A stretch of DNA of 62,459 nucleotides, taken from Girardia tigrina (lineage: Eukaryota). A program made the translations under genes and the position numbers. The stretch is from NCBI GenBank assembly GCA_001938485.1, contig MQRK01249634.1:1-62459 (forward strand), in the 5' to 3' direction. The notes beneath the pieces were generated by a model that saw only the letters and a list, made by a program, of their open reading frames with translations, searched no databases and had not been told where the DNA came from. Below, in pieces: positions 1-12,991 of this stretch. Within the stretch, counting starts at the first letter, position 1, and each line of letters starts with the position of its first letter.

Positions 1-919
1 TATAAGGCAAATGATTGAAAAGCAAAGTTATTATTGACATTACGAAAATACTAATTATATTATTTATTCATTTTTATTGAAGTAATCACGACAAGGGATT
101 GGAATTGTTGGTAAAATAAAAGACAATTTGATTCCACAATGTACTTTATTTAAAGATATAATAAAGATCAAAAAAGATCAATAATCAAATTGATGGAAAT
201 AAATTTGGATATATATGATTATGACTTAACAATGATATTTTTTTTGGATCCCATGTTGTAATGTACGTTTATTTTTTTTATTAAACAGTTCGTCGCTTTG
301 ATTATTTGTTTTTTTTTATTTGATAATTTATTTTTTTAATTGTAAAAAATATAATATATTGTAAAGGCAGCGAATATAATATATTAATTGAACTTTTGTA
401 AAATTCGCTGCTTTTACAGTAAACATTAAAAATAATTAAATTAAATGAAGTATATATAAGTATATATGTAAATCATCACGTTCATTTGGTTTTGTGATGA
501 TTGCCGCTTTCAATTATTATGAATAAATTGATTCACTTTAAAAATCAATATCAAGTCAATCACATCGGATATTAGTCCTGATTTTCCGAGATTGCATAAA
601 ATTAAATCAAATTCATATTGAGCATCTTAACGATCGCTTTGTGAAGGTTAAAGTACATCATTAAAACAAATCGAAATATTGTTGTTTGTTTTTTTTATTT
701 TTCTTAAGTGAATTGAATTCACATTTAAATGAATCCATTTGAATGGACCAATGGAAAATCATTTTGGACCATTTTGCCCAATGGAGAACAAATGAATGTG
801 AAAATGTGTGTGTGTGATTGGTGTGTATAAAATTGATTTTTTGAAAATGTACCACAATTATTCAATTCAATTAACAAAAACAATGGTTCTGTAATTAATA
901 AAACGATCTTTGCTGTGCA

Positions 920-1299
920 ATTTTTCAATTCAATAAACAAAGATACCACTTTCTTTCAGTTTGGAAACCATTCCTTGCTGTGTCAATTCATTATCTTCCT
1001 GAATTATATCGGACAAAATCACTCTTTTCATTGGCTTCCATTACCAAGTTTTCAGGTTTCTTTATCAACCCAGATACGTTTTTACCTTGCTCCTTGCATA
1101 AATAAATTTTTTCTAACTTTTTATATACAGTTGATTTAGATAAATTTAATCGTTCAGATATGATTGATACCGAGTCGCCCTTTTCATCCATGGTTTCAAT
1201 TAGTTTTAGCTTTTCCAAAGTTAATGGGATTCTTTTCTTCCTAGCCCTTAACCTTTGATCAGAAACTGTGACATTGTTGATGTTGTTATTATTTTCCAT
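920..1299 (-). pseudogene. N-terminal HTH fragment of an IS630/Tc1-like transposase
   Basis: ORF 991-1299 has an HTH-like pattern (GDSVSIISERLNLSKSTVYK). After a frameshift it continues ILSDIIQEDNELTQQGMVSKLKESGI, a second HTH-like block. No DDE domain visible. Confidence 0.5.
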
Positions 1300-1464
1300 A
1301 TTGTGATGAATTTTTTAATGATTTCCTTAATTCAAATACATAAAGTTATTAATTAACTATTGAATTGGATATAAATATTAATAAAGTGGATATAATTATT
1401 AATAAAGTGGATATAATTATTAATTATTATTATTAATTTATTATTATTAATTATTAATAACCCT

Positions 1465-1586
1465 GTATATCATTTTTAATTTTAAAATATTGAATAAGCA
1501 TATTAACATTAAAATATTTTACCTTTTAAATTAAAAAAAATAATAAATTATTCTGGAGAGATGCAAATTTAAATTAACCCCTCATA
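1465..1586 (-). repeat. Partial LTR of the Gypsy family at 50590-56381
   Basis: Nearly identical to 50790-50912 and 56262-56381 (tatcatttttaattttaaaatattgaataagcatattaac...aaattaacccctcata). Confidence 0.9.
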
Positions 1587-1649
1587 GGCTTATTCACGTA
1601 TACTCGCCCCTTCAAGTAGCCTTCAAACACAAAATATCAAACATTCAAA

Positions 1650-2695
1650 ATATTCCTCACACATAGCTGCCTTTTCTACCTGATAGCAAATATTCCCCGA
1701 ATGGAAAACATAAGAAACTGATATGTCATATGGAAAATCGACAGAGATATGTAGTCCACTACATAAATCTCCAGCGGGCTATAAGAAATGGTCTCATAAT
1801 CACAAAAATCCATCGGGTTCTCCAGTTTAGCCAGTCAAAATGGCTTCAGCCATATATTGATTTAACACCAATCTGAAACCAATGCCAAAACCGACTGTGA
1901 AATATCAGTTTAAACTGTATAATAACAGCGTTTCTGGCAAAACGATGGAGAATATCCACAATATAATCAACATCGAACTTGTATGTGATTGGAAGCGGAC
2001 AAAGAAGCTCATTGCCAAATCAAACCTCCATAGCAGCATCATATACACAGAAAACCTTTTGAGTATACATATGGGGAATACATCCCTGGAGTTTAATAAG
2101 CCAATATATGTAGAGATGTCAATTCTAGATCTATCCAAGACCTTGATGTATGGCTTCTATTATGAAATCATGGTCCCTAAATTCAATCAGGATTTAGAAC
2201 TAATGTATTGTAATAATGTAATGTAATGGATACTGATAGCTTTGTCTATCAGATCTATACAAAAGATCTGTTTGTGGACTTAAACGAAATGGCACAGCAA
2301 TGGATACATCAGATTATCCAAAAGACCATCCAAATTATTCAACATCAAATAAAAAGGTCCTTGGAAAGTTTAAGGATGAGGTCAATGGACAGATTATATC
2401 CAGATTCGTTGCACTACGCTCTAAGATGTATGCTATTAATGTGAGCGGTAAAATCAAAAAGAGGGTCAATGGGGTTCAAAGAGTAACATTAGTCAATTAC
2501 ATCGGATTCAATGATTATATGAGAGTTCTAATGGAACAAAGTAGTATCATATCAGAGATGAAAAGGATTAAAGCAAGAGAACATCAAGTCTCCACAGTAG
2601 TGGTGCGGAAGAAAAGCCTTGACTGGTTTGATGACAAGCGACACATTATTGCAGATGGAATACAGGCACTTCCTCATGGACATTATTTGTTGTGA
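1650..2695 (+). pseudogene. Protein-primed DNA polymerase B (Polinton/Maverick/adintovirus type), C-terminal part, frameshifted
   Basis: Motifs across ORFs 1882-2226, 2226-2444 and 2300-2695: KLYNNSVSGKTMEN, FNKPIYVEMSILDLSKTLMY, MDTDSF, NKKVLGKFKDE, FVALRSKMY, FDDKR, LPHGHY. Upstream sequence reads YVVHYINLQ...KIHRVLQFSQSKWLQPYID. Confidence 0.85.
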
Positions 2696-2838
2696 ATGAT
2701 CAACTTGTATTTATTGTACATTTGTTATATATTTTTTACATCTTTACATGTTATGTAAATAAATGTTTGTTATAAATAATCGTCTTATACATGTCTTCAT
2801 TCAAAATCCTGTAAACAAGAACTTTTATTATATATATA

Positions 2839-4107
2839 TAAGGTTGGAAACAAAGTTCTCGCACAACTTTTATTAACAATGATATATAATGAAACAATGC
2901 AACAATATACATTTATTGTTTTATTGATTCATATATAAGTAAATACAATATTTTTTAATTGTATATTTTCATAATTTCAGATATCTTAATTTTCAAATAT
3001 GGCCGATAAAATGACTCTTTCGTGAACAGCAACGTACTATGTTACTGTATGATTACAAGTCCGGGCTAAACCCTGGTCACTCGGAACGTCGTATCAACCA
3101 AGCATTTGGAGAAGGTACACTTGACCATAGCACAGCCTACGATTGGTTTAAGAAGTTTCAGCGTGGCCAATTCGATCTCAAAGATCAGCCAAGGAGTGGT
3201 CGATCCTCATTTATTGACAATGACCGTTTGTGCGCCTGTGTCGAAAGTGATCCACACCTGAAATCACGTGAGCTGGCTGAGAAGTTTAGCGTCAGCCATA
3301 CTGCCATTTTGCATCACTTAGAAGAAATGGGCAAAGTCAGCAAACTGGACGTATGGGTCCCACACCAACTAACCGACTTCGATCGTCAATGCCGCATAGA
3401 TGCCTGCACGACACTACTGTCCAAGAAGCGTCGTTTAGATTGGCTGAACAAATTGGTTACTGCAGATGAGAAATGGTGTCTGTACTCGAACATGACACGC
3501 AGAAGAAGCTGGACAGACAAGGGTACAACTGCACAACCTCAGGCAAAGGCTGACCTGCATCAAAAGAAGCTCATGGTTTGTGTCTGGTGGGATCTAAAGG
3601 GCGTGATTTACTGGGAAATGTTGGAACGCAATCATTCCATCAACGCCCAATTATACAGTCAACAATTGCAACGGGTGGCAGACGCGATTGCACAAACACG
3701 ACCAGAATTGACTGATGTCATGTTTCTTCAGGACAACGCCCGACCACACGTTGCAAATCTTACCCGTGATAAACTTTTGGAGCTGGAGTGGGAAGTTCTC
3801 CCTCACCCACCGTACTCACCCGACCTGGCACCAACAGACTACCACTTATTCCAGGCACTACAGAACTTCTTGAGTGGCAAAACGTTAGCAACTGATGATG
3901 AATTGAAAGCTGCAGTTGGAGACTTCCTCAAAAGCAAACCAGTTGAATTTTACAACAAAGTTATCCATGATCTACCCCGTCGTTTGAAGCAGGTGTTCGA
4001 AAATAACGGTGATTACATTGATGATTGATATGTGCCTTTTGCTGCATTGTGTCGTTGTATATAAAAGTTGTAATAAAATTTGTGCGAGAACTTTGTTTCC
4101 AACCTAA
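2839..4107 (+). mobile_element. Full-length mariner transposon
   Basis: TIRs (t)aaggttggaaacaaagttctcgcacaa / ttgtgcgagaactttgtttccaacctaa, with imperfect symmetry to about 60 bp. TA flanks. Encloses the transposase ORF. Confidence 0.95.
3039..4028 (+). CDS. Mariner DD34D transposase, 329 aa open; true start probably ATG 3000 with a one-base frameshift near 3021
   Basis: WVPHQL, TADEKW, QDNARPH and YSPDLAPTDY motifs; 34 residues between the 2nd and 3rd catalytic D. Confidence 0.92.
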   Translation: MLLYDYKSGLNPGHSERRINQAFGEGTLDHSTAYDWFKKFQRGQFDLKDQPRSGRSSFIDNDRLCACVESDPHLKSRELAEKFSVSHTAILHHLEEMGKVSKLDVWVPHQLTDFDRQCRIDACTTLLSKKRRLDWLNKLVTADEKWCLYSNMTRRRSWTDKGTTAQPQAKADLHQKKLMVCVWWDLKGVIYWEMLERNHSINAQLYSQQLQRVADAIAQTRPELTDVMFLQDNARPHVANLTRDKLLELEWEVLPHPPYSPDLAPTDYHLFQALQNFLSGKTLATDDELKAAVGDFLKSKPVEFYNKVIHDLPRRLKQVFENNGDYIDD

Positions 4108-4169
4108 TAATATAAAATATATAATATGTAATATTGATATTTATTATATGTATAAAATATATGATATTT

Positions 4170-4217
<48 letters not shown>

Positions 4218-4267
4218 NNNNNNNNNNNNNNNNNNNNNNNNNNNNNNNNNNNNNNNNNNNNNNNNNN

Positions 4268-4300
<33 letters not shown>
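4170..4300. repeat. (TA)n microsatellite with assembly gap (also at ~12850-12985, 24283-24336, 25590-25628, 25957-26067, 60593-60698)
   Basis: Direct reading; most tracts contain a run of N. Confidence 0.95.
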
Positions 4301-4302
<2 letters not shown>

Positions 4303-4461
4303 GTTCACTACACATTTCGTTGACATAATGAATGTGATACATTGATATGATGTATGCATAACAAATACATGACAATAGCAACATAGTTACGGTCACTTTT
4401 TGAATGATTGAATAGATAATGGTTGATAATATTATAATAATATAATATAATATAATATAAT

Positions 4462-7398
4462 TGTTATATTATCATTTATGATAATTATTAAAAATAATAA
4501 ATAAAAAAGTTTTAAAAACCACGTTTTCATATGGACTAAAAAGAGGAAAATAATTTTTTTCTAGACATGTGAGAAATTTTATACCTAACCAAAAACGTGG
4601 GGCGGATTTCTGAATTACTGCTATTAGTAACTGCTATTTCCTCTTTACTACTTTTTAGTAACAATCGATTATTTCTATGCCCCACGTTTTTCATTTCACG
4701 TTATATTTCAACTTATCTATATACAGATTTAGAGCGCATATTTCTCTACCTGTTTAAAATAATCAGAAGTTATCAAGGTCCGGAATATATATGATTTTTA
4801 CTGGGGACAAAGCAAAAATGGCGGATAAAAATTTATTAATTGGAAACTCTATTGTATCGCTGAAAGATGGCTATTATCTAGTGGTTATTATCAAATCCCT
4901 ATTAAGTCTGATGATATGAAAAAAACGGCCTTTACAACAACACATAGACAGTTCGAATTTACAAAAGTGCCCTTTGGTCTATGCCCTGCTCCTGCCACCT
5001 TCCAGAAAATGATGAATATAATTCTGCAAAGAGAGAATTGGAGTAAGTGTCTAATATATTTAGACAATGTTCTGATTTTCGGAAGAACTATAAAAGAACA
5101 TAATGAACGATTAAGCTTAGTACTCCAGAGAATTAAAGAAGTTGGACTGAAACTGTCACCAGAAAAGTGTTGTATTTTGAAAACCAGAGTACAGTATCTG
5201 GGTCATGTTATTGATGCTGATGAAGTAAGAACAGATCCAGATAAATAACAGGAATTAATCAGTGGCATATACCAATGTGTGTTAAAGAGTTGCAGTCTTT
5301 TTTGGGCCTGTGCAATTATTATAGGAGATTTATCAAGAATTATGCTATGTTATCGGAGCCTTTAACACAAATGATTCAAAAGATGCTAAATTTGATTGGG
5401 ATGATGATAAAATTGATGCTTTTAATAGACTTAAAGAAGCACTATCCTCTCCGCCAGTATTAGCCTTACCGATACGTGATGGATACTATGTTCTCGATAC
5501 AGATCCATCCCAAAATTCTATAGGAGCGGTATTATCACAAATTCAGAATGGTTCAGAAAGAGTTGTGGCCTTTGCATCAAAAACAATGACTAAAAGCCAA
5601 AGAAAATATTGCATTACTAGAAAAGAGCTTTTTTCGATTTATACTTTTGTATTAAAATTTAAGCATTATTTATTAGGACAAAAATTTACAGTTCGAAATG
5701 ACCATGAAGTTTTAAAATGGTTTCTTAAATGGGATAGTCTGAACACTTCTCAATTTTGTGTATGGAAATCTGAACTGGAAGTTTACGATATGGTTACAGA
5801 ATACCGGAAGGGAAAGGATCATGTTAATGCCGATGCTCTTTCCAGTCAACGATATGCAAGCTATTTATTAGTGATGACAATCAATTTAAAGACGTGATTA
5901 TTAAATCGACTGTCAAAATATTTGAAAAAGAAATAGATATAAAAAGTCTACACAAAGATGTTCAAGAAAACAAAGGATTTAGAACTTTATTGTCTAAATT
6001 ACCAGATTTACGCCTTAGAGGAAATGTATTTTATTTATTAGACAAAGATTCATACAGATTAATAGTTCCGGAATCTGATAGATTCAATATGATTCACAAA
6101 ATGCATAAATTGTTAGGTCATGTTGGAATTGAAAGAACTTTAAATGCAATGAAAATTGAATTTTATTGGCCAGATATGACGACAGATATAAAGAATTTCG
6201 TTACGAAATGTGAAGCATGCTCAAGAATGAAAGGAAAAAATGGTCGTGATAAAGCCCCACTTCAGAGCTTGGAATAGATTTTTTCAAATTATTCGGAATA
6301 GATATTTGTGGTCCTTTTCGCTGTACTAAAGATGGTCATCGTTATGTACTAGGCATCATTGACTACTTTTCAAAATATCTGTCTTTAATTCCTATTAAGA
6401 AAATTGATTCGAGTANNNNNNNNNNNNNNNNNNNNNNNNNNNNNNNNNNNNNNNNNNNNNNNNNNNNNNNNNNNNNNNNNNNNNNNNNNNNNNNNNNNNN
6501 NNNNNNNNNNNNNNGACGATTTTGTTCAGGCATGAACATAACACAGTCACACTCTTCACCTTATTACCCACAATCAAATGGTTTAGTTGAAAGACTTTTT
6601 CGAACTGCAAAGGAGTTAATGGGATCGTGTATAATAGCGAACAGGACAGGCGACTGGTCTGACATTTTAACAGTGGTTGAGTTTGGGCTACGATGTTCAA
6701 ATCAAAAGACAACAGGCCTTAGTCCTTTTGAAATTGTTTTTAGTAGAAAGCCCATAGTCTTAACCACAACCAACAATGATTGTACAACAAGATCAATAAG
6801 TGATTATGTGACGTGGCTTAAACGAGAACAAGAAAAACTAAACAAATTGATAATAGACAAAATGAAAACAGTTTGTGGTTACTCAGCTGATATATATAAT
6901 CGAAACACATGGTATAAGCAATTAAATATCGGAGACAAAGTTCTGGTTAAAGAAAACGGAGAGAGAAGATTGGGTAAACCAATATACAGTGGACCATATA
7001 CAACAAAAGATTTTAAATAAGTATACTTATATTTTTCAAGATAAAACATCGCAGAAAGTAATGAGAAGAAATTATAATCAGTTAAAAAAGTACAACGGGG
7101 AATTAAACGCACCAATACATTATCAATCAAGTATCTCATTTATATCAAGGAAAGAATCAATTGTCAGAAAGACGAGATACCCGATTAGAAACACCAGGAA
7201 TCCAGCACCAAAATATCGTTGATTTCCAAAGGGATGTTATATTATCATTTATGATAATTATTAAAAAATGAATAAAAAAATAGAAATTATTAAAAAATAA
7301 TAATTTATATATTGTTTAAAGAATACTATTTAAACATTGTTTTTTGTTAATAAATATTGATAATCCATTTTATTAATCTTTTATTTAAGACTATAACA
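4462..7398 (+). mobile_element. Internally deleted Ty3/Gypsy LTR retrotransposon (RT-RNaseH-integrase, no gag/protease)
   Basis: RT (KTAF..., IYLDNVL), RNaseH (YCITRKEL, NADALS) and integrase (GHVGIERT, YYPQSNGLVER, GPY) in ORFs 4916-7222. PPT aaaggga, then 3' LTR 7235-7398 (TGTTAT...ATAACA). First ~45 bp of the LTR also at 4462. ATAAT 5-bp TSD inside an (AATAT)n tract. Confidence 0.9.
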
Positions 7399-7529
7399 AT
7401 AATATAATATAATATAATATAATATAATATAATATAATATAATAAAATATAATATAATATTTATTTATTTAAAGATTGATAAGGTATTTTTGAGCACATG
7501 TGCCATATCGATTTGCACTTTTTGCACTT

Positions 7530-7870
7530 TTTCTTGTAATTTTGATGGTTGATATTGTGATTTTAATAGTTGATAATGTGATTTTTATGATTGTTAAGAC
7601 AGTTTTGATGGTTTTTAAGGTGTTTTCGAGGGTTTATAAGGTAATTTCATTGGTTGTTAAGATAATGGTGACGGTTGTGAAGGTAATTTATAGTTGTTAA
7701 GGTGAATTTAATGATTACATAGTGATTGGAATCGTTGCTAAGGTGAACAGAACCATTGCTATGGTAACTGGAAGCGTTGATAGGTTATCGAAACTGTTGC
7801 TACAGAAACCGGAACCGTTGCTAAGGTAACGGGAACCAATCAGAACCGTTGCCATTGTAACGGGTACCCC
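7530..7870 (-). repeat. Degenerate ~21-bp tandem repeat encoding heptapeptides (YLSNGSN/YLNNHQN-like) ending in a CxxCxxxH-like motif
   Basis: Periodic + strand units such as ccgttgctaaggtaac / gttgttaagataatgg. The minus strand reads ...NHQNCLNNHKNHIINY...KKKCKKCKSIWHMC. Confidence 0.55.
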
Positions 7871-7914
7871 CTTGGGGTGTCTGTTGTAGAATCCACATTT
7901 TTTCTCTACTTTCA

Positions 7915-10900
7915 TTGCCAACGCATCTGCATTTTTGTGTAATTCCCTTTTACGATATTCTAAGATCATATCCAAACTGCTCAGAAAATTCATCCAGTTT
8001 TGAAACTGAGGTGTAATCGGATTTTTCGTAGTCATCATAAACTCAATTGCCTTATGTTCCGTTTTTAACTTCAATTTGGCACCATACAAGTCGTGCTTGA
8101 AATGTTGCGTGAAATAAAAAATCGCTAATAGTTTTTTTCTGGTAATGCAATACTAAATCTCATGTTTGTCATTGATTTAGATCCGTATTCAATCACATAT
8201 CCTTCACATTTCTCATTATTGTGGGATAACACTGCTCTATCGTGTCAAAAGAAACATCAATGTCTTAATATAAATTCATTCCAAAAATCAGGATAAAAAA
8301 GTACTGGGGTCGATATTAGCGCTTCCTTTAGTTTTTTAAAGGCAGCTGATTGTGAATCTGACAAATGTACAATGTCTTTCAAACTTTCAGAAATTTCTTC
8401 CAATAGTTTTGATAGTTTTGAATAATTGTGTATAAATTTTCTATAGTCCCAAAAAACTCCGTTATTTTTATACATTTTGGTGGTTCAAATTTCACTATCA
8501 ATTGTATTTGGTCTGAATCAGTCTTATTTCCATTTCTGTTTATTATATTCCCTAAAAATCGTTGTTTATTTTGAAAGAATCCACATTTTTCGGGATTTAT
8601 TCTCAGTCCAGCGATTTCTATTTGTACAAATAGTTTTTCCAATTCTGTCCATGTTCTCCATTTTATTTTTTGAAAAAAATCAAAATGTCTTCAAGATAGA
8701 CCAGGGCTTCTTTCCACAACATTTCTTTCAAAACATCCATCACAAGTTTCTGAAATGTTGCTGGTGCTGTTGCAATGCCAAACGGCATTCTTGTGAAGCA
8801 ATACTGATCCATTTTTTTCATCTTTTAAGAATCTGATAATTCTATTTGATAGTATGCGTTTCCCAGGTCAATAGAATTGAACCACTTCATTATTCTTAAT
8901 CAATCTAACATTTCCCCAATGTTTGGTATAGGAAATGCAGGCATCTCTGTCACTTGATTTAACTACCTGAAATCTAAACATAAACGAATTTCCTTCTTCT
9001 TTTTTTTCCAAACCCACGTCATCGGTGTGTTCCATGATGATGAGCATTTCTCTATTATTCCGTGTCGTTCCAATTAACGAACAGCATCATCAATATGACT
9101 TTCTAAAAAAGTTAGTTGCCTACGCGGTTTCTGCAGAATTGATTGTCCTGATATATTAAATCAATGTTTAACTAATTATGTCTTACCAATGTCCCATCTT
9201 CCAGCCATAAAAATATTTTTTAATTTTTTAATACATGTGTTTAGTTTGCTATCCTCCTTTAAATTTAATTTTTCTTTTGCATTTAACCCTAATTACCCTG
9301 GGTCATTTTACAAATATTTCGAGAATCGTCTTACTTGAACTTTTGTAAAATATGTAAAACATTTATAGAACGTTTTTCTTTGGTACATAAAGAGTAAATA
9401 TTAGAATACGCTTAGCTCATACTATCTTAAAAAATAATTTTGTTGCAGTTATTTAAAGATAATTTCGAAATGAGTTTCGAAGACTCATCCCAGGGTAATT
9501 AGGGTTTAAATTTTCATTTCATCTGTATATTTCAACTTATCTATATACAGATTTAGAGCGCATATTTCTCTACCTGTTTAAATTATATTTTTCTCATTTC
9601 CGTTTATCACCTCTAAATTCCATCTCAAATCCAACCATATAGCTCTTATCAAAGTTATTCAAAAATAATTGATTGGAATATTGTTTTTGAAACATAAAAT
9701 AACTGGTTCACTTTCTTATTTCTCCATAATATTATAATATTACATGTACCTAATATTTCCATTCCACTTCCATTGGTACATAATACGATGATATAACATT
9801 CCTATTTATCCTAACCTGTAATTTTTGTGAAATTTTCTTGTCCATTACATGAATACGTGCGGCATTGTCCAATAAACAATTCATCACTATTCCATCGATC
9901 CTAGTTTTGATACTGGGTCTTCCAGTAAACTCCCTATAGTCTAGTTTTTCGCTCGAATTAATTTCTCGAATTAATTATTGTACGCTCTTGAACTATGTTA
10001 TCATTAAAATTTCCCCTATGGGATATTATTTTTTTTATTATTAACAAAACTACATTTACTATAATTATCATGTAATATATTATCATTTAAATTAATATAA
10101 TTAAAATTACATTTACAGTTACTAATATTATAAAAGTTTGGAACCAAAACATTCTTACTTTTTAATTTATGGCTCGTATCATCTCTTGAGTTGATAGAGC
10201 CTCCGAGTTTACTGATCTGTCGCCTGCGCATCTGTTTGTTTCATCCAATTCTTCGATTCCTGTAACTGGTACTTTGTATCGGTTGGATTGTCATCTTTTC
10301 TGATCTTGATGTAACTTCAGTGTTTCTTGTTTATAACACTGGTACCATGAATAACCTGACGCGTTGCAATTTGAACATTTAAGGTAAGGACATTCTCTCC
10401 GAATATGTCCTTTAGCTGGGCACCATAACATACTTTACATTTTCTTGACATTCCCGTTTAATGTGTCTGGGTTTCCTACAATTAAAATATTCAAAAACTT
10501 TACCATCATGTCCACTTTATTGTCCCTGATTCATTTGGTCGGGCATTTCGTTCCTTTTTGTGAAGTCTTGTCGAAACATCCTTGTTTGTTGGAATCTTGG
10601 TTGATTGACATAATTCGATCTATCATTTAATAAATTCGTGAACGTTCTCTATCGTTGTATCTGGCAATTTCGTTAATATTAACTTCGGCCTTAATATTTT
10701 CCATTTTCTCGATGACAGCTTTGTGATGAAGTCGGGCGCTTTTGCTTATTGTTTGTAGATTTGTGTCTTTACTGACACGTCTTCAACACAATGCGTCAAG
10801 AAATATGTCATTAACTCATGTTTGTTCCATTTGTGCAACAGGATTTTGCACACTATCTTCTCTATTCTTTTACAGTAAACTGCTGCTGAATCTGTTCATT

Positions 10901-11200
10901 TTCTGTAATTCAACAGTTCATTGAGGTATTAGATTAATGACGTCGGACGTTTAAACGCCTTCCGCAATCTGTCTGGGAAATCTATGATTTTGACATCCAC
11001 TGCGTCGTAAGTGGAAAGCATATCTCTACTTGTGAATGCCTTGACCATTGTCGCTTTGATGGCTTCATTGATCTGGGCAACTTCAAAAAATCTTCGACAT
11101 TTGGATTTGAAGTCTTCAATATCCTGCGATCCATCGTAACTTTTTTTGAGTCAGATTGACTATAACACTGGCCGTGGTGGCCATGTAAGAATTTTACATG
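7915..11200 (-). mobile_element. Decayed Ty3/Gypsy element (gag, protease, RT, RNaseH; integrase missing)
   Basis: Gag-like frame at ~11100-10750 (IFEVAQINEAIKATMVKAF...), zinc knuckles at ~10440-10330, protease CLLDNAARIHVM at ~9870, RT (LCLDFR, GLRINPEKC), RNaseH (EYRK..LHKNADAL). Confidence 0.85.
9286..9505. mobile_element. MITE inserted in the Gypsy protease-RT linker
   Basis: 17-bp TIR accctaattaccctggg / cccagggtaattagggt. Flanks read as a TTA duplication or an imperfect TTAA (piggyBac-like CCCT end). Confidence 0.8.
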
Positions 11201-12879
11201 CATAATTGAGAAAATGAAATAATTATGAAAATTTGTTATTATTCAAAATCTACACGCTTTTTGCTTATTTAAACAAAAAACCTCAAGAGACTTATTTCAG
11301 AATATTTTGGATACATTATTATAATATTGTTAATGTTACGAAATCTAAGTATAGTAAAAATAATGTATATATAAATATAGTTACTTATCCTTACAAGTAC
11401 TGCGTAGGAAATTTCATTGTTTAATCTGTGTTGCGGAAACCGTGCCTCCGCATAAAACTGAGAACCAGAAAGAACTTCACTCGAATTTCTGTATGGAGTT
11501 TTAAGTAAAGAAGTTTCCTTCCTACGGTCTCTCTTTTTGAAATGTGATTTTCCAGACATGATTGTAAATAGTTTGCGACGAATTGAATTTTGAGAGTTTG
11601 GAACGAAAACATAATGAAGAGATGATTTTCTTGACTGATCTTGAGAAACTAAATTATTAAGATTATTTTGTCGATTGGAAAAGTTGAATTATTGAGATTA
11701 TTTTTTCAATTGAAAGATGATTTAAGAGTGTTTATTGTTTTGATTGTATTCACATTTTTAAATTGCTAATTGAAATTTTATTTTTTTGAACCTTGAGACA
11801 ATTTCATTTCTTGTATGTTTTCTTTCTAACAAATAAACCGAACAAATATCACCGATTTAAAAATACCAAAAATATGGTCCAAGCACCATGTTCATTACGG
11901 CAGTTCTCTGGGATAACCCAGAGACTGCCAAAACAATGTGTCAGCGGAGGTAAACATCACTTACACCTATTTTTATTCATAAATCTAATTTTAACAATAA
12001 ATTCCGGAATAATTCTGGAAAAGTCATATTTATAATCGAATATATAAACATATCTAACTTTCATTGAGACACTTAAATTTTAAAGAAATCTGAGAAAAAT
12101 AATTATTTATAAATTATTCCATAACATATTTACAATAAAATGTCAATTAATAAAAAAGATCAAAGTAAAGCGATGATGACAAAATTTCATTTTAAAAATT
12201 AGTATTTTAATAGCTGATTCATTAATGATATTTATTAGCCACCTTCAAATAACGAATCTTGAATATTGTAATTGCTACTCATATAACCTATTCGTACATG
12301 ATGCCAATATTCTATAAACAAATTTACCGTTCACTCTGATTGACAGTTTGTCTATAAATCAATGATTTGGATACTCATGAATATCATTTATAGCCACATT
12401 TTTCAGACGGCACCATGTTTAAAACTCCGATATCCTTGTCTGAATTGTGTCTATCACATAAAGTAATTTTAAAAAATTATAGATTTAGTGCGGTATAATA
12501 ATATATATGAAGCTTCCATATAAATGATAGCAAATATTGACAGGATTTATTGTCTATAAGTAAACATATATTTCATGACTTAAAGCGGTGCGAATTAACT
12601 AATGTTGTGAAAAATTCATCGGTTGAACTCGCGTGTTATTTGTAGGCGGCATATCTCAATAAAAACAAATAATGGAACAGATTGTGTTTGATTTAAATAA
12701 ATGATAAAGTTCAAGTGTTCTCATTCCTCTAATTGTAAATATTGGTTAATTAAAATAATATCTAGTCCTGGTACAATTTGATTATATACAACATGATTAT
12801 TACCATATTATTAATAACTATTTGCTACACCAAGTTCTTTTTTAATATACTTTATATATATATATATATATATATAGTA

Positions 12880-12910
<31 letters not shown>

Positions 12911-12960
12911 NNNNNNNNNNNNNNNNNNNNNNNNNNNNNNNNNNNNNNNNNNNNNNNNNN

Positions 12961-12991
<31 letters not shown>

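Noticed and set aside
4025-4396. IYIYIY-rich ORFs here and at 12778, 25446-25761, 25947, 60501-60764
   Set aside because: Translations of (TA)n microsatellites and N gaps.
7500-7700. Hydrophobic V/I-rich ORF resembling a membrane protein
   Set aside because: Antisense reading of the 21-bp repeat.
9470-9495. Hammerhead-like motif in the MITE end
   Set aside because: The core is disrupted (CUGGGAUGA) and stems I and III do not form.
11888-12462. Candidate first exons of Gli (MFITAVLW... at 11888; MFKTPISL... at 12415)
   Set aside because: Short, no conserved motif, several alternative donors; cannot be supported without transcripts.
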